Shown piece by piece: positions 11,101 to 19,856 of a DNA stretch of 64,000 nucleotides (position 1 is its first letter; every line of letters begins with the position of its first letter). Location: IMG/VR virus record IMGVR_UViG_3300028840_002431, positions 352,540 to 416,539 of that record; one strand, given 5' to 3'. Below the pieces are notes generated by a model. That model saw only the letters and a list, made by a program, of their open reading frames with translations, had not been told where the DNA came from and searched no databases. The position numbers and the translations under genes are program-made.

Positions 11101-11106
11101 AGCCAT
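5182..11106 (-). CDS. Giant multi-repeat baseplate/tail appendage protein (1974 aa)
   Basis: Beta-rich internal repeats (SGTAELSLETGHLNW / SGTVNWALDTGRLKF / TGVVQVDPSSGAVQF / AGTVEISEATGNLNF) and a helical C-terminus; lies between the spike and wedge genes. Confidence 0.65.
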   Translation of the reverse strand: MAFSISGYVLEPIRVGQANSPFTQTPDNYISDQTAFDTAYPSDESEPRNDYLVLITSEGTPIAGLLANAEFGWTKNEVVQRLDYQAAAGRFAPLPGSVVTEAGTLTVDSNVDRITVRPPVRSAPVLGAPYRLAVGSTGSGTTWTVSIVADDSGFGSPPSGTAELSLETGHLNWNTGDLTTYSGQLVRWQQQQFFEFKDSTSIGLIDDDVVLLNPIPGTGQIPLLRFGFGLYLETVEFPTEPLPSPASGTVNWALDTGRLKFNPTDISNYSGTPVYYDGVLYDKGLTLPRQVLGDIAAPAAITGLPPTGVDLIFALPNASPYYQFPQFTYLDSALFSSGKTGVVQVDPSSGAVQFSAADQAKYAGESVTVIFGDLPIERGISVRFLRTPVNLDASQTIKDVTAFYEVTNAVWADPIIASPQVFLPSTPIDDPAYPLVIEIAQGQGTYISSNFPRLDVPSPPTGLGYYIGFDEGVLYFAQRKYQTLVPILQPTTGVALPDPLVLTGNIVLELETGPGTGTYTPLVLGTDALLDPTSGVVSLVTSYPIIVEGVASFSGTTFEDPLADFVSTGIQPGYLIEVSTTAAEGVYTVANVVSATELETDVASPASVTGAAYTIRQNREILADRFFGEVILIDPSTKVQRLRSLGPATNAPRLNIPTAYVTTSGFRFGPAAAAQFATVVLVPTDLDFTSPPAGTVEISEATGNLNFSAADLGTEVFWMRELVIKTDYILQAGLGLIQFTDRMLSLEEILVTYTTEPPSTEPPTDPDPPQQEYGRFLIRKEITQDHPTPTSTLEFNVAGLDVADDPPPAVFRGGRPQELGVQCTVDTAASTITFLPDDHLTDALPHGATIGPDERVYIDYYVTQAVGGEKTITVLNPPILTAVVNIAVIDENGDPNNKFTVHGDHTASFPPDYLLRIENEQVYLIGSSTYNPTTNETTVELYGNQVFQDAFTDPNVFVSSGATPITSAPLAPSYFAAELESFEAIARGSNTFLISGDRTNAYRTGTVLLFTDSGGSFTDFLQVSGTDYDGETNRTEVSLTANAIRQYVSGSQLLFYSVRPIFEPPTTEVQTSRVPVLTEPYTVYRRVEGEPGVILVEPTQFQIDNSGRVIFSEALKAREEFSIFYTGYEVAEAGINLRASYTSQITPNSSNGLLGQILLANYSILSPDSFYYRVETMTNFRGEYAQEIASDASSGSSGPQTENASQPQLFEQGRPSLYFDEKHLANQDIIARSTLLFYNDAVNLLEVYLRALDGRVVGNNDGLLLFDGTTGAEHPPGPVTNQIDDVIKVSDAPYEITFPPFAVTSIGTFQKYYIPGTRSRFYPTDKNFYAVSAVTPTSETGDEVADTGSTNITLVFGLRTRLAWAVVMESTEFSGPALLKVDVAEGSEEYARPPFKTGMECIVQRRDGTYINDSSSPVTVTSVTATTLGITGLAGTADVGTTIYRSPIDGSAQTGPDELIYYLFSRDYSFNGESGQIIYIEEISSISNTPLKEEQALSGKINLINTLTAPEKFPALYGGITDDDGDLSFPIQTPDPDNEQNGFLWTEDQIIHNPTGIIRGLTTSPYVATGTIDGTGTIITNGAGPWPPPPLDPEKYDIARVIAGPDGPSAFARITTVGANTITVDTALGSTPGAVTFEIAVSSITVGGLGMFDPDPTILFDATAIFLSQARVGYTVVYVDPPSANTGERRQIIDIIDNTHVRLDAPLPSTAGGAYRIDNSLATYGGSSNDYLALLNDALTGQLGVYADEQTYILDFLDQVFTDIFTSATGETTVGLKTLDDVNGTFLTSEVSQAHFVYIVAGPNAGIYQVENVLSETQLEVETPFPATQSGISYRIVKLFGVSKATVQALFTLYQSIAALEANTIAFQTLINDPVPVAGVPAAFARPTLTSDLDARDVLVDARLTTDIPATIELIENILANTDKLYDGRYTWIDTRINLKSGLIVQQAIAVDNRIEAQEDFYNQLIKLLAVEEA

Positions 11107-11684
11107 TAGATCACCGACCCGAATCCAACACCCACTCCGCCCGCAGGAGAGGCCGAACCCACGATAGGCACAGGTTGAACAAACGCCGCAAAAGTTATGT
11201 CCAAGGCCATGCCAATAGCTGTCGCCGTTTTGATGGACCCTTCACCGACCATCCCCACCGCCGCCAGACCAGTGATCATGGCCGGAATCGCAGAAGCCCC
11301 GACGATCTTGGCCACTCCCGTGCCCGTTCCGATACCGGGATGATTCGTCTGTATAAGCGCCAACGCTATCCAACCTGTCATGAGTCCATTTGATAGCCCG
11401 GTAATCATCAAGGGCGACATCGGGCCTAAGATTCCCATCGATGAAAAGCCGGTATACAAAGAGGCTTGTAAAAGAGGGAACGGTACGATCAATGGTATGA
11501 TGCTGGTGCCTACACCAAGGGTCCCGGTATCAACCGTTGTAACCTTGGCGTAAATCCCAAAGTATTGGCAGACCCCAATCGCCACTCCGAGTGAGAACTT
11601 AGGCACACCGATCCCAATGTTGCCGACGGCAAGTAGGTTCGGGGCGACGAATCCCGTCGCAAGTGCTGGCGGGTTTAAAGGCAT
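11106..11684 (-). CDS. Very hydrophobic Gly/Ala-rich protein directly downstream of the spike gene (192 aa)
   Basis: Start moved to the ATG at 11684 (TGATG overlap with the spike stop; MPLNPPALATG). Almost no charged residues. Confidence 0.65.
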   Translation of the reverse strand: MPLNPPALATGFVAPNLLAVGNIGIGVPKFSLGVAIGVCQYFGIYAKVTTVDTGTLGVGTSIIPLIVPFPLLQASLYTGFSSMGILGPMSPLMITGLSNGLMTGWIALALIQTNHPGIGTGTGVAKIVGASAIPAMITGLAAVGMVGEGSIKTATAIGMALDITFAAFVQPVPIVGSASPAGGVGVGFGSVI

Positions 11685-13846
11685 CAGACAGATCTCACCA
11701 CAGCGCACCCTTGTAATGGTAAGCCCGTGATCCAATCCAGGCTGGGCGAGCCAGGAGGCAGCATAGGTATACCTCTTGACACACCAAAGGCTGCGGCGGG
11801 CGCTCCAAGGAGGACCTGAGCGGAAGTAAGGACTATCCCCACAGGAGCCGTCAACGTCATGGCTGACCCGGCTGTGAGACTCAATGCCAAACCGGCTGTG
11901 ACCGACACCGCTCCAGCGGCGGCAGCCAGAGACAGTGCTCCGGAAGCGGTAGAAATCGAAACAGCACCCGTCCCGACAGTTACCGAATAGGCCCCAGCCG
12001 GAACATTCACGGCCATGGCACCGCTGGCGACGGTGGTACTCTTTGCCCCAACAGTGATGGTTTCTGCCACTCCACCGGCCAGGACGGTCGATACCTTTCC
12101 TCCGACCACCACGGTTTCCAACACCTGCATGGCGTACTGGTACTGACTCTTCCCGGAGACAAGGACATTGTACTCGCCAGCGTTTACCCCCATGCCGGAC
12201 TGAGCATTGACGCTGTACCGGTCGGCCAGGACAGCGTAGCCGCCGTTCACAGTCGTGGCCTTGGCCCCAGCGACGTTCTCAACACTATCCCCAGAACTGT
12301 AGGCTTCACGGTTGCCTTGAAGGTTCTCGCTGTACGCCACATTGTTGTTGTCCTGGACGCCTTGAGCCTCCACAACATAGGACGAGTGCGTGCGGAATTT
12401 CAGGCCAGCGCCGGACGAACTGCCCTTGAAGTCGAAGACAGCCCCGCCTTCGAGAGTCAAATGGAGAGCAATGTTGTCGGGTTTGGCTGCTCCGAGACGC
12501 ATCTTGAGAGCGCCGTCCATGTTAACTTCGGCGGATACGTTCTTGGTCGCCCCGGAACTATACTTCTCAGCCCTCGACCCTGGAATGTTGACAAACAGCT
12601 TGCCCTGCTTAGAGATAGCGGCGGCGAAGGCGCTCGTCGTATCCGACTTCCCAGCCGGACTTGGCGGCGGCACGATGCGAAGCAAAAAAGCGCCAGCCGT
12701 CGTGTAAGTCTCCTGGTCGTCCAGGGGCGATCTAGCGATAGGCTCTGTAACGAAATTGGCTTTCCCCGTGGCCAGAAAATCATCGAAGATCCTGGGACGA
12801 AGTATCTGACCGTATTGTTGTAGCCCTGTAGACGAGGAGGTGTCGTTCCCGATTAAGGTTCCAAGGATGCGTTCGATGTAGACCGGACGCCTGTCCATTT
12901 GAAAACCATCGACCTCTTCGCGCACCTCCTGAGTCAAATCAGTGGTGTGGGATATCTCTACGCGATCCTCTGTGTACACTTCCGCCACACCCCTGTTGTC
13001 GGGGTTCGCATCCTCTGTGTTCGCGCCAGACAAATTGGCGGGGTAATGAGCCTGACGCCCATTGGAAAACGTTATGGACGGGAATGCTGTTTCATTGTTG
13101 ATGGCGTCCAACACCGTGCCTTCAGACACAGTAAACCGCTTGAGAATGTCACCGCCGTAGTAACCCTCGTCGGTAGTTTTGAGCTTCTTACCCTCTGAGA
13201 ATATGTCGGGCGGCAGAAAGAACCCGCTCCTGCGAGCGGCACCAGAGAGGCGAAACACCCCAGCATCACTCTCCACACGATGTAGGGACTGCGATACCAA
13301 TGTCCTATCGCTGTCTCGAAGCTCGAAGAGATCCCCGGCCCGGTTGATCATCCTCACATCTTTGGTGAGGGCAAACTCAGACCCCGAAGCGGACATCCCG
13401 CCAACGTCACCCGGCTGTAGCTTCAGTCGCTTATAACGGGTCTGAGGGGTGAATACTTTTCTGTAAAGGTCGGCGTCCTCCGGGTCGATCTCGGCCGGGT
13501 TCGACGCGGACAACGGATCAAAACGCATGGCCGAACGTTTGCCGGTAGGGACGTACCCAAGAATCACAGCGTCCCAGATCTGCTTATGGCGTCGCCGGTA
13601 CCCGATGAGCACCATGGAGTTGACCTCAGGAATACCTCCCCAAAAGCTGCGCGGGCCGGTCATAGCCTGAGTCAAATCGATCTCGAAACGTTCCGCTCCG
13701 CCAGTGATCACCCTGACATCACACTTGAGTTCCACCTCGTCAACGCGGGTTATGATCCCGAGCTTTAAGCCGTAAGGGTCTCCCTGATCAACGAACTCAG
13801 TTCCAGGCACGTACCCCGACGGGGTCTTTGGTATATAGTCAGTCAT
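11684..13846 (-). CDS. Central baseplate spike, gp5/VgrG/GpV-like
   Basis: N-terminal OB-fold-like segment (YGLKLGIITRVDEVELKCDV...GIPEVNSMVLIGY) and C-terminal beta-helix-type repeats (ETVVVGGKVSTVLAGGVAETITVGAKSTTVASG); follows the hub gene. Confidence 0.7.
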   Translation of the reverse strand: MTDYIPKTPSGYVPGTEFVDQGDPYGLKLGIITRVDEVELKCDVRVITGGAERFEIDLTQAMTGPRSFWGGIPEVNSMVLIGYRRRHKQIWDAVILGYVPTGKRSAMRFDPLSASNPAEIDPEDADLYRKVFTPQTRYKRLKLQPGDVGGMSASGSEFALTKDVRMINRAGDLFELRDSDRTLVSQSLHRVESDAGVFRLSGAARRSGFFLPPDIFSEGKKLKTTDEGYYGGDILKRFTVSEGTVLDAINNETAFPSITFSNGRQAHYPANLSGANTEDANPDNRGVAEVYTEDRVEISHTTDLTQEVREEVDGFQMDRRPVYIERILGTLIGNDTSSSTGLQQYGQILRPRIFDDFLATGKANFVTEPIARSPLDDQETYTTAGAFLLRIVPPPSPAGKSDTTSAFAAAISKQGKLFVNIPGSRAEKYSSGATKNVSAEVNMDGALKMRLGAAKPDNIALHLTLEGGAVFDFKGSSSGAGLKFRTHSSYVVEAQGVQDNNNVAYSENLQGNREAYSSGDSVENVAGAKATTVNGGYAVLADRYSVNAQSGMGVNAGEYNVLVSGKSQYQYAMQVLETVVVGGKVSTVLAGGVAETITVGAKSTTVASGAMAVNVPAGAYSVTVGTGAVSISTASGALSLAAAAGAVSVTAGLALSLTAGSAMTLTAPVGIVLTSAQVLLGAPAAAFGVSRGIPMLPPGSPSLDWITGLPLQGCAVVRSV

Positions 13847-16800
13847 CAGGTGTTAGTTCTTAGCTCAAGTTGTTTGTTGGCCACGTCCTGGCGGAGTTCG
13901 GCAATTCTTTCATCGATAGATTCAATGGCCTTGGGGACATCAGTGCCAACCACAACAGCGTCGGATTCCAATTGCTGGACCAGACGTTCACGGGTTTGCG
14001 TGAGGCGTTGGATGCTGGCCTGATCCTGGCTGATCTCTTTTGTCAACGAAGACTTCTTCGCGTTGCTCCTGAGATTCTTGCCGAACGCCTCCCATGACTT
14101 CGAGATGTTATCCCGGTTAGTTCCGATGGCCCCAGAAGTGGCCTCTGGATCACCCAAGGAGAAACGGTTAGGAGCAGAGAAGGGAGGGGCGAACTGCGAC
14201 GGACGTTCAATCTCCTCGGCTTGTGTGGCAACCACTCTTGGAGTCTTAGGTAAGTAGTCGCCTCGGATAGCCTTTTCAAACTCCTGGTGAGGAGTATCGA
14301 GTTTCTTGTAGAGATCAACTAGAAACCGGTCAACCTTGGAGATCAGTTCTGTGCTGGACTGCCCGAATATGGAATTCTCGGTTTGATACTTGCTCTGCAC
14401 CTCCTCTAATCTCTCTTCCGCCTCCGTGAGGCGGACCTTCAATCTTCTAACCACCCTTTGCTGATCCAGATGTTCGTTGGTGATAGCGGCTACATCAGCG
14501 TCAGGTTGGTTTAGCCGCCGGTCGAGTTCGGCCAATCTTTCCTCCGCCGTGCGTACCTGGGCCGTCAAGGAATTGACGTTCCGGGCGGCAGCTTGTGACG
14601 CCCCGCTATTAACCGGACCGCCCAACGCTTCCAAGGAGGACAAGGCTGTTTGTTCTTCTTCGGCCGACGAACCTCCCGTGAGAGTTCTAACTTGATACCC
14701 GGAATTGATGAAAGCCAGATCTTGTCGCCCTGTAAGACAAACACAGTTCTCATTGTTGTATGTGGAAGCGTCTTTGACGGACATCTCCATCAAAGTTAAG
14801 GCCCGAGACAATTGCGAGGCTTCGACTTCGGGGGAACCCTGATTTTGCTGTGACCCGAGAGGAGCGTTATCGACAAAGTTGTCCCCAACATCAACGAATT
14901 CCGGTTCCCGGCTATCTGGGTTCAGAACGGCCGCGCTCTGTCGTTCCTCAGGAGTCAGAGTGGTCAGAGTTCCGGCCGGGTTAGCATAACCTGTGTGGAC
15001 CGTGGTCAACCCTTGAGACTCGGCTGTTAACATCTCCTGCATACCGCCCGATAACGCCAGTTGCACATCAACCGTGGCCCGGCTCTGAGTTTTGGCGTCC
15101 ACGTTCGTGATCAGTCGGCCGTCCTTCAACGAGACACGTCTGCCATAGCGGTAATGGCCAATGACCTCGAACCCCCTTTCGTCGCTCACCGGACGTATCA
15201 TGGCTGTTTGAGACGCAAGGACATTCAAAGAAGAATCCGACTTCGGCGTGACGTTTAGGTTCTTCTTCGGTAGTGTTAGAATCTCGCTAATCGCGCCGCC
15301 TCTGGCAGAAGCGTCGTGGGCGTAAATGTAGACACCAGCGGAATTCAAACCGTATTGATAACGATTGTTCAGGTACTTGTCGGTCAACGCATCTTCATCA
15401 TTTGCCTTAAACTTCGGATGGATTCTCTCGTCGTAAGCATCCTTGGCTAACTGGGTCTGAGCCTGAGCCTCCTTTGGAACATACTTGTTCGCGCCACCCT
15501 TTTTCTCACCCGCCTGATCACTTATGTCAGCCGGGGCGAACGGCCGAGTGTAAGCCATCACCACGTTCGGATAGCCTACGATTCGACCAGTTTTCGGGTG
15601 CCGTAGAATGAGGGGTTCATAAGGGTTGTCGTCTCCCGATTTAGAATTGAAAGCCTCTTCGGTCGGCGGCACGGAGGCGGCGTTGCGGACATCCAAACTG
15701 AACACGCCGCTTTTGGATAGCTGCCGGGAACTGTAATGAAAGGAGTCGGGAGTCCCCGCCTTGTTCTTTTCCGCTTCACCGGAAAACTTCTGTAACTTCA
15801 ATACTCCGACCCCGCGAGGCGCGATGAACTTGGAACGCTTGGCCGTCAGGTTCAGAGTCGTCATAGCCCGGCTTCCCGCCGAAAAACTATGGCTTATACC
15901 TTGCAGGTACCAGACTTGATCCTTGGGGGCGACATATACAGGGAACCCTATACGCAACTCAGGGCGCATCGGAATCGTCACCGTCCCCCTATGACGACGA
16001 GAGTTGAGCCTGTCCAGCAAATCCAAGCCATGGTAGAACATGGTATGGACGTTGCCCATGAACTCAGAATTGAGGGGCCTTGATCTCCAACCGTACTTTC
16101 TCAATAGGTGGTAGTCCGTAACAGATGTGAACGGTGTCACGTCGGCGGGCATCCCATAGTCGTTAATGCCTCCCCACTGTCCTTGTAGGATAATCTGTGT
16201 GACTACCTCTGACTCCGAATCTCCGAAATCCCAGCTTTCAATATCAATATCCTGAATCCAGGAGACAGGCTTGTTCCCCAACACGTCGAGGTTGTAAAAA
16301 GGCGGCTTGAAGACGATATCCCCTGTCACATCCATGTAAAATTCGAAACCTATGGCCTCCTTAGCAGCGTTCGCCAACTCTAACTTCGTCTGGAATTCAG
16401 ACTGCCAAAGATCTACCTGCCCGGCTTGAGAAAAGACGTTCCGGTAGGCGGCTACATTGGAGGACGTGGGGTCGAATACCATCTGACCGCCATCGTTCCC
16501 CCCGTTGGCGTAGCTTACCGCCGTAGACGCAAAGCGCTTCTTTGGGACGGTGCCCGGTGGATTGCTCTGGGAATAGGCTTGGTAGAGCGTGTCCCCGCGA
16601 ACTGCTACGCCCTGAGTCCCATAGAGAACCAGATTACTCCTCATGCGAGAGAAGCGTTGCTGCCAGTAGCCCATCAAATCAGCCAAAGCAGCGTCAAACA
16701 CCGGCCGTTGGGCCGTTTCTTTTACCAACTGGTTCAAAGATCCTGTTCCCACGACGATGTCCCCGAACGACTGGAAAGCAAGGGAGAAAATAATGTCGTA

Positions 16801-17328
16801 GGGGTTCGTCTGGGCGTAGACGTTCTGCCCCATGTTCCTGCCTCTTTGTCCAGCGGGGACAGTGTAGGCAGGGTTGATGTTCATCTGACAGAGTTCCCAC
16901 CACTTGAGTATGTCCGAACAACTGATGCTAACCGTGTGCTCTCCGCCAGAGTAGTTGTCCGTGACCTCCGTGATGATCCCCCAGAAGATCGGGTAATACT
17001 GCGGAATACCTTCGACCAGATAATACCCCTTGGCATAGATCTCTACTTCCATCATAGGGGTAATGATCGCGGTACCGTCAAAGTAAAAGTCGTCTATAGT
17101 GTGCCTCGGAATCGACAACTGTATAGACGCGCTGCCCGGCACACTCTCCACGCTCAAATCTGTCTGGATAGACGTGATATACCTATTGAAATCAAACGAC
17201 CTGGAGCACTGCGGGCAACTCACCACCTCCTGTTCCCCATTAATGAAAACAATAGCGTCTGGAGCCGTGACTATTGTCGGCCGAACATTGGGGAGAAAAG
17301 TACCCTGGTAAGGTCCACGAGCCATCAA
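13846..17328 (-). CDS. Baseplate hub protein (gp27/gp44/GpD-like) with long C-terminal extension
   Basis: Hub-type motifs GFEFYMDVTGDIVFKPPFYN and GTVTIPMRPELRIGFPV...WYLQGISHSFSAG...TTLNLT. About 650 aa of extra sequence with coiled coils follows. Confidence 0.65.
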   Translation of the reverse strand: MMARGPYQGTFLPNVRPTIVTAPDAIVFINGEQEVVSCPQCSRSFDFNRYITSIQTDLSVESVPGSASIQLSIPRHTIDDFYFDGTAIITPMMEVEIYAKGYYLVEGIPQYYPIFWGIITEVTDNYSGGEHTVSISCSDILKWWELCQMNINPAYTVPAGQRGRNMGQNVYAQTNPYDIIFSLAFQSFGDIVVGTGSLNQLVKETAQRPVFDAALADLMGYWQQRFSRMRSNLVLYGTQGVAVRGDTLYQAYSQSNPPGTVPKKRFASTAVSYANGGNDGGQMVFDPTSSNVAAYRNVFSQAGQVDLWQSEFQTKLELANAAKEAIGFEFYMDVTGDIVFKPPFYNLDVLGNKPVSWIQDIDIESWDFGDSESEVVTQIILQGQWGGINDYGMPADVTPFTSVTDYHLLRKYGWRSRPLNSEFMGNVHTMFYHGLDLLDRLNSRRHRGTVTIPMRPELRIGFPVYVAPKDQVWYLQGISHSFSAGSRAMTTLNLTAKRSKFIAPRGVGVLKLQKFSGEAEKNKAGTPDSFHYSSRQLSKSGVFSLDVRNAASVPPTEEAFNSKSGDDNPYEPLILRHPKTGRIVGYPNVVMAYTRPFAPADISDQAGEKKGGANKYVPKEAQAQTQLAKDAYDERIHPKFKANDEDALTDKYLNNRYQYGLNSAGVYIYAHDASARGGAISEILTLPKKNLNVTPKSDSSLNVLASQTAMIRPVSDERGFEVIGHYRYGRRVSLKDGRLITNVDAKTQSRATVDVQLALSGGMQEMLTAESQGLTTVHTGYANPAGTLTTLTPEERQSAAVLNPDSREPEFVDVGDNFVDNAPLGSQQNQGSPEVEASQLSRALTLMEMSVKDASTYNNENCVCLTGRQDLAFINSGYQVRTLTGGSSAEEEQTALSSLEALGGPVNSGASQAAARNVNSLTAQVRTAEERLAELDRRLNQPDADVAAITNEHLDQQRVVRRLKVRLTEAEERLEEVQSKYQTENSIFGQSSTELISKVDRFLVDLYKKLDTPHQEFEKAIRGDYLPKTPRVVATQAEEIERPSQFAPPFSAPNRFSLGDPEATSGAIGTNRDNISKSWEAFGKNLRSNAKKSSLTKEISQDQASIQRLTQTRERLVQQLESDAVVVGTDVPKAIESIDERIAELRQDVANKQLELRTNT

Positions 17329-19157
17329 ACGTCTCCAAGATCAAAATCAAACTCGCCGCCGCCAGTGAAAGCCTCTTCTTCTATCCTCGCCTCTTCGACT
17401 CCGGGGGGTAGGGGCACATCTGGGGCAGGTTGTTCGTTGTTACCCGTGGATAAGGGCGGATCAGCCGAACCTGTCGGCAACGATGGAACGGGAGGACCTT
17501 GACCGTATGTGTACTGATCATCGCCCAGATGATCGAGAAGGAACCAAGCCCGCACCGTAAAGGCGAATGTGTATTCCAACGTAAACGGGTCTGCGTCGGC
17601 CTCGGTGAGGTTGAACGTGTCAAAAGACCCCACGTATAGAATCCCGTCGTAATAAAGGTACACAGAACCTAACACCGAGAGATTCTTGGCGTGAGAGTTG
17701 CTGGCGGCAAGGGGATCGGGAAAATATATACCACCGTTGTTCTTGTAAATAAGCCACAAAGCCAGGAGGTTCTGGTAGCTGGCTGAGAACTGCCGAGCCG
17801 TACGAGAGAGACCAGGGCTATTACCTTCCGTCGTGTCCAAGGAATAGAACGCGGCAATCTTACCGGAACCCTCAATCGTATCCTGGTTGTCGCCCCAGTG
17901 TTCGATGATATGACCGTTCCGGCCCCAACCACCGTCGGCTATCAACTTCTCGGCCGATACCCTGAACGACTGAGGGTTGACCAGAAGACGCAGCGGCGGG
18001 GTCTTGGCCATCTGGTCCAGCGCGTCAAGCGTTTGATTGATCATCGCCCGCTGGGCGTGCATGAACTCCTTCCCAAGGTTTGTCTGATTCAAGTCCTTGT
18101 TGGCCACCGCCCACGCCGTCTTGAACGCTTTGTTAGCGTTCCTGGAACCTCCTTTTGCCCATTTACCCGAACTACGACCGTCTGGCTGAAACGGCTCGTA
18201 CCCAACCGCCATACCAAGCTTACGTCTGGCTTGATTGATCTTGGAACGGTACTTCTTTCTTAACGGTTTCTTCGCCAGACGGAAGGCTACGTCCTCCGGA
18301 GTGAGATACCCCTTCGGCGGGGGCGGCTTATCTAGAGCTTTGTTCCTCTGGTAAGCTGAGCGTTGTCTCTTGGCGTTCCTGTATTCGGGTTCTCTGGCGT
18401 TACCGTGGTAGATAGAACCGTCCGGGTTGTTGAAGCCCCCGAGTGTCACGGCCTTGAGTTCGAAAGCGTTTCTCCCTTTCGACCGACCTTTGTAGAAACG
18501 CTCTATGAACGTAAGCTGTTCCTCCCGAGACATGGTCTCCATATTGTCCCACTGCTCCGGAGTCATACCTATCTTCTTACCCGTGGCCGTTGACTTGATG
18601 AATTGGATCAAACCCTTGGCTGTAACCTTACCGTCCTTATTCTTGGCCCCCGCTGCCGGATTCCAGCCGCTCTCGGCCTGGATCACACGTGCCAACTCTT
18701 CCGGCTGACAACCTAGTCGGTTACACATCACCACATACCGGACCCAGAAGTCCTTGTTTGACGTTGACGTTGGGCCATTAGGCTCCGTCGTTCTCGTTGA
18801 AATACCACCCGTCTCGCCTGGAAGATCTCCCGTGGAAGAAGAACTCACATCCGGGTTTTCCTGTTGTAGCTCTTCCAGGTTTTGCTCTTCGAGGGTGCGG
18901 ATAGTGGCTGTACGATCCAGCAACCGGCCGGTGACGTTAGAAGAAGGTGGAATCAGACCGACAGCGAACATCAACGTCCGCTCTTGTTCCCACGGCTGAA
19001 CCGTCGTTAGAGGAATGAACTGACCGTCAAGAGGGTCCTCGTGGAGCGCGAGAGCATGATAAAAACTCAACAATTCGTAGACGGCTGGCTGATAAAAGTC
19101 GGCCTCCTGTTCGATTTGCTGGTACGTCTTTAGCTCTGAGTTTTCAGTTGTCGTCAT
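17325..19157 (-). CDS. Lytic transglycosylase (lysozyme-like/SLT) domain fused to a tail-tube-initiator-like domain
   Basis: LARVIQAESGWNP (candidate catalytic Glu) and KGLIQF motifs. The C-terminal LRLLVNPQSF...IEHWGD segment is paralogous to the 19154-19849 protein. Confidence 0.7.
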   Translation of the reverse strand: MTTTENSELKTYQQIEQEADFYQPAVYELLSFYHALALHEDPLDGQFIPLTTVQPWEQERTLMFAVGLIPPSSNVTGRLLDRTATIRTLEEQNLEELQQENPDVSSSSTGDLPGETGGISTRTTEPNGPTSTSNKDFWVRYVVMCNRLGCQPEELARVIQAESGWNPAAGAKNKDGKVTAKGLIQFIKSTATGKKIGMTPEQWDNMETMSREEQLTFIERFYKGRSKGRNAFELKAVTLGGFNNPDGSIYHGNAREPEYRNAKRQRSAYQRNKALDKPPPPKGYLTPEDVAFRLAKKPLRKKYRSKINQARRKLGMAVGYEPFQPDGRSSGKWAKGGSRNANKAFKTAWAVANKDLNQTNLGKEFMHAQRAMINQTLDALDQMAKTPPLRLLVNPQSFRVSAEKLIADGGWGRNGHIIEHWGDNQDTIEGSGKIAAFYSLDTTEGNSPGLSRTARQFSASYQNLLALWLIYKNNGGIYFPDPLAASNSHAKNLSVLGSVYLYYDGILYVGSFDTFNLTEADADPFTLEYTFAFTVRAWFLLDHLGDDQYTYGQGPPVPSLPTGSADPPLSTGNNEQPAPDVPLPPGVEEARIEEEAFTGGGEFDFDLGDV

Positions 19158-19849
19158 GCTCCAACCTCTGGTTCTGAGGTGGTAACGATTTTCTTAACGT
19201 TATTAGTGCTCCCGAAGTATTTAGCGCTCGCGTCGTATTTACCTCTTTGTGTTGGATTAACACCCAGGCCAGGAATTCTCATAATCTCCTCTTCGACCTT
19301 GAACGCCCACGACACGCGAAACGCGAAAGGTTGTTCATCGCTCTCTTCGGCGTCGAACGACCGGAAATACCCCAAGTAGGTCCCCCGGTCATACATGAGC
19401 ATCACATGGCCTTGGAGCACAACATTCCCATACGGGTCGTAGACGCTCCCATTATTACGGTATAGGTCGTGGAGGTCCCGGTAACGGTCCCAGGCTATGG
19501 TCTTCTGCCGTAGCACGGACGACAACCCCGTGTAGATGTTCATGAAAGCACCGGTAGAGCCGTCGCAGTTGAGGTCCGAAAGCTCATCGCCCCAGTGTTG
19601 CTCTACGTACCCACCACGGGTCTGGAAACGTTCGACCTTCTTGATGTGGTTCTCTTGGAGGCTCTCCGGATTGACATGCATGACGAGAGCGTGCGGAAGA
19701 AGCACCCTCCGACTGTTGAACGGACTTGTTATCTGAAACGCCATGGGGATATTGGTCTTCCGCCGCTCAAGCCCGTGGGAGTAGTTAGGACTCTCGGTGG
19801 GGACCTGTAGCTCGTCGAAATCAGGGTTTGCTGACGGAATACGTGGCAT
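19154..19849 (-). CDS. Tail tube initiator / baseplate-tube linker (gp48/gp54-like)
   Basis: LVMHVNPESL...GGYVEQHWGDE...YLGYFRSFDAEES..PFAFRVSWAF; lies immediately after the tape measure gene. Confidence 0.55.
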   Translation of the reverse strand: MPRIPSANPDFDELQVPTESPNYSHGLERRKTNIPMAFQITSPFNSRRVLLPHALVMHVNPESLQENHIKKVERFQTRGGYVEQHWGDELSDLNCDGSTGAFMNIYTGLSSVLRQKTIAWDRYRDLHDLYRNNGSVYDPYGNVVLQGHVMLMYDRGTYLGYFRSFDAEESDEQPFAFRVSWAFKVEEEIMRIPGLGVNPTQRGKYDASAKYFGSTNNVKKIVTTSEPEVGA

Positions 19850-19856
19850 CTATCCC

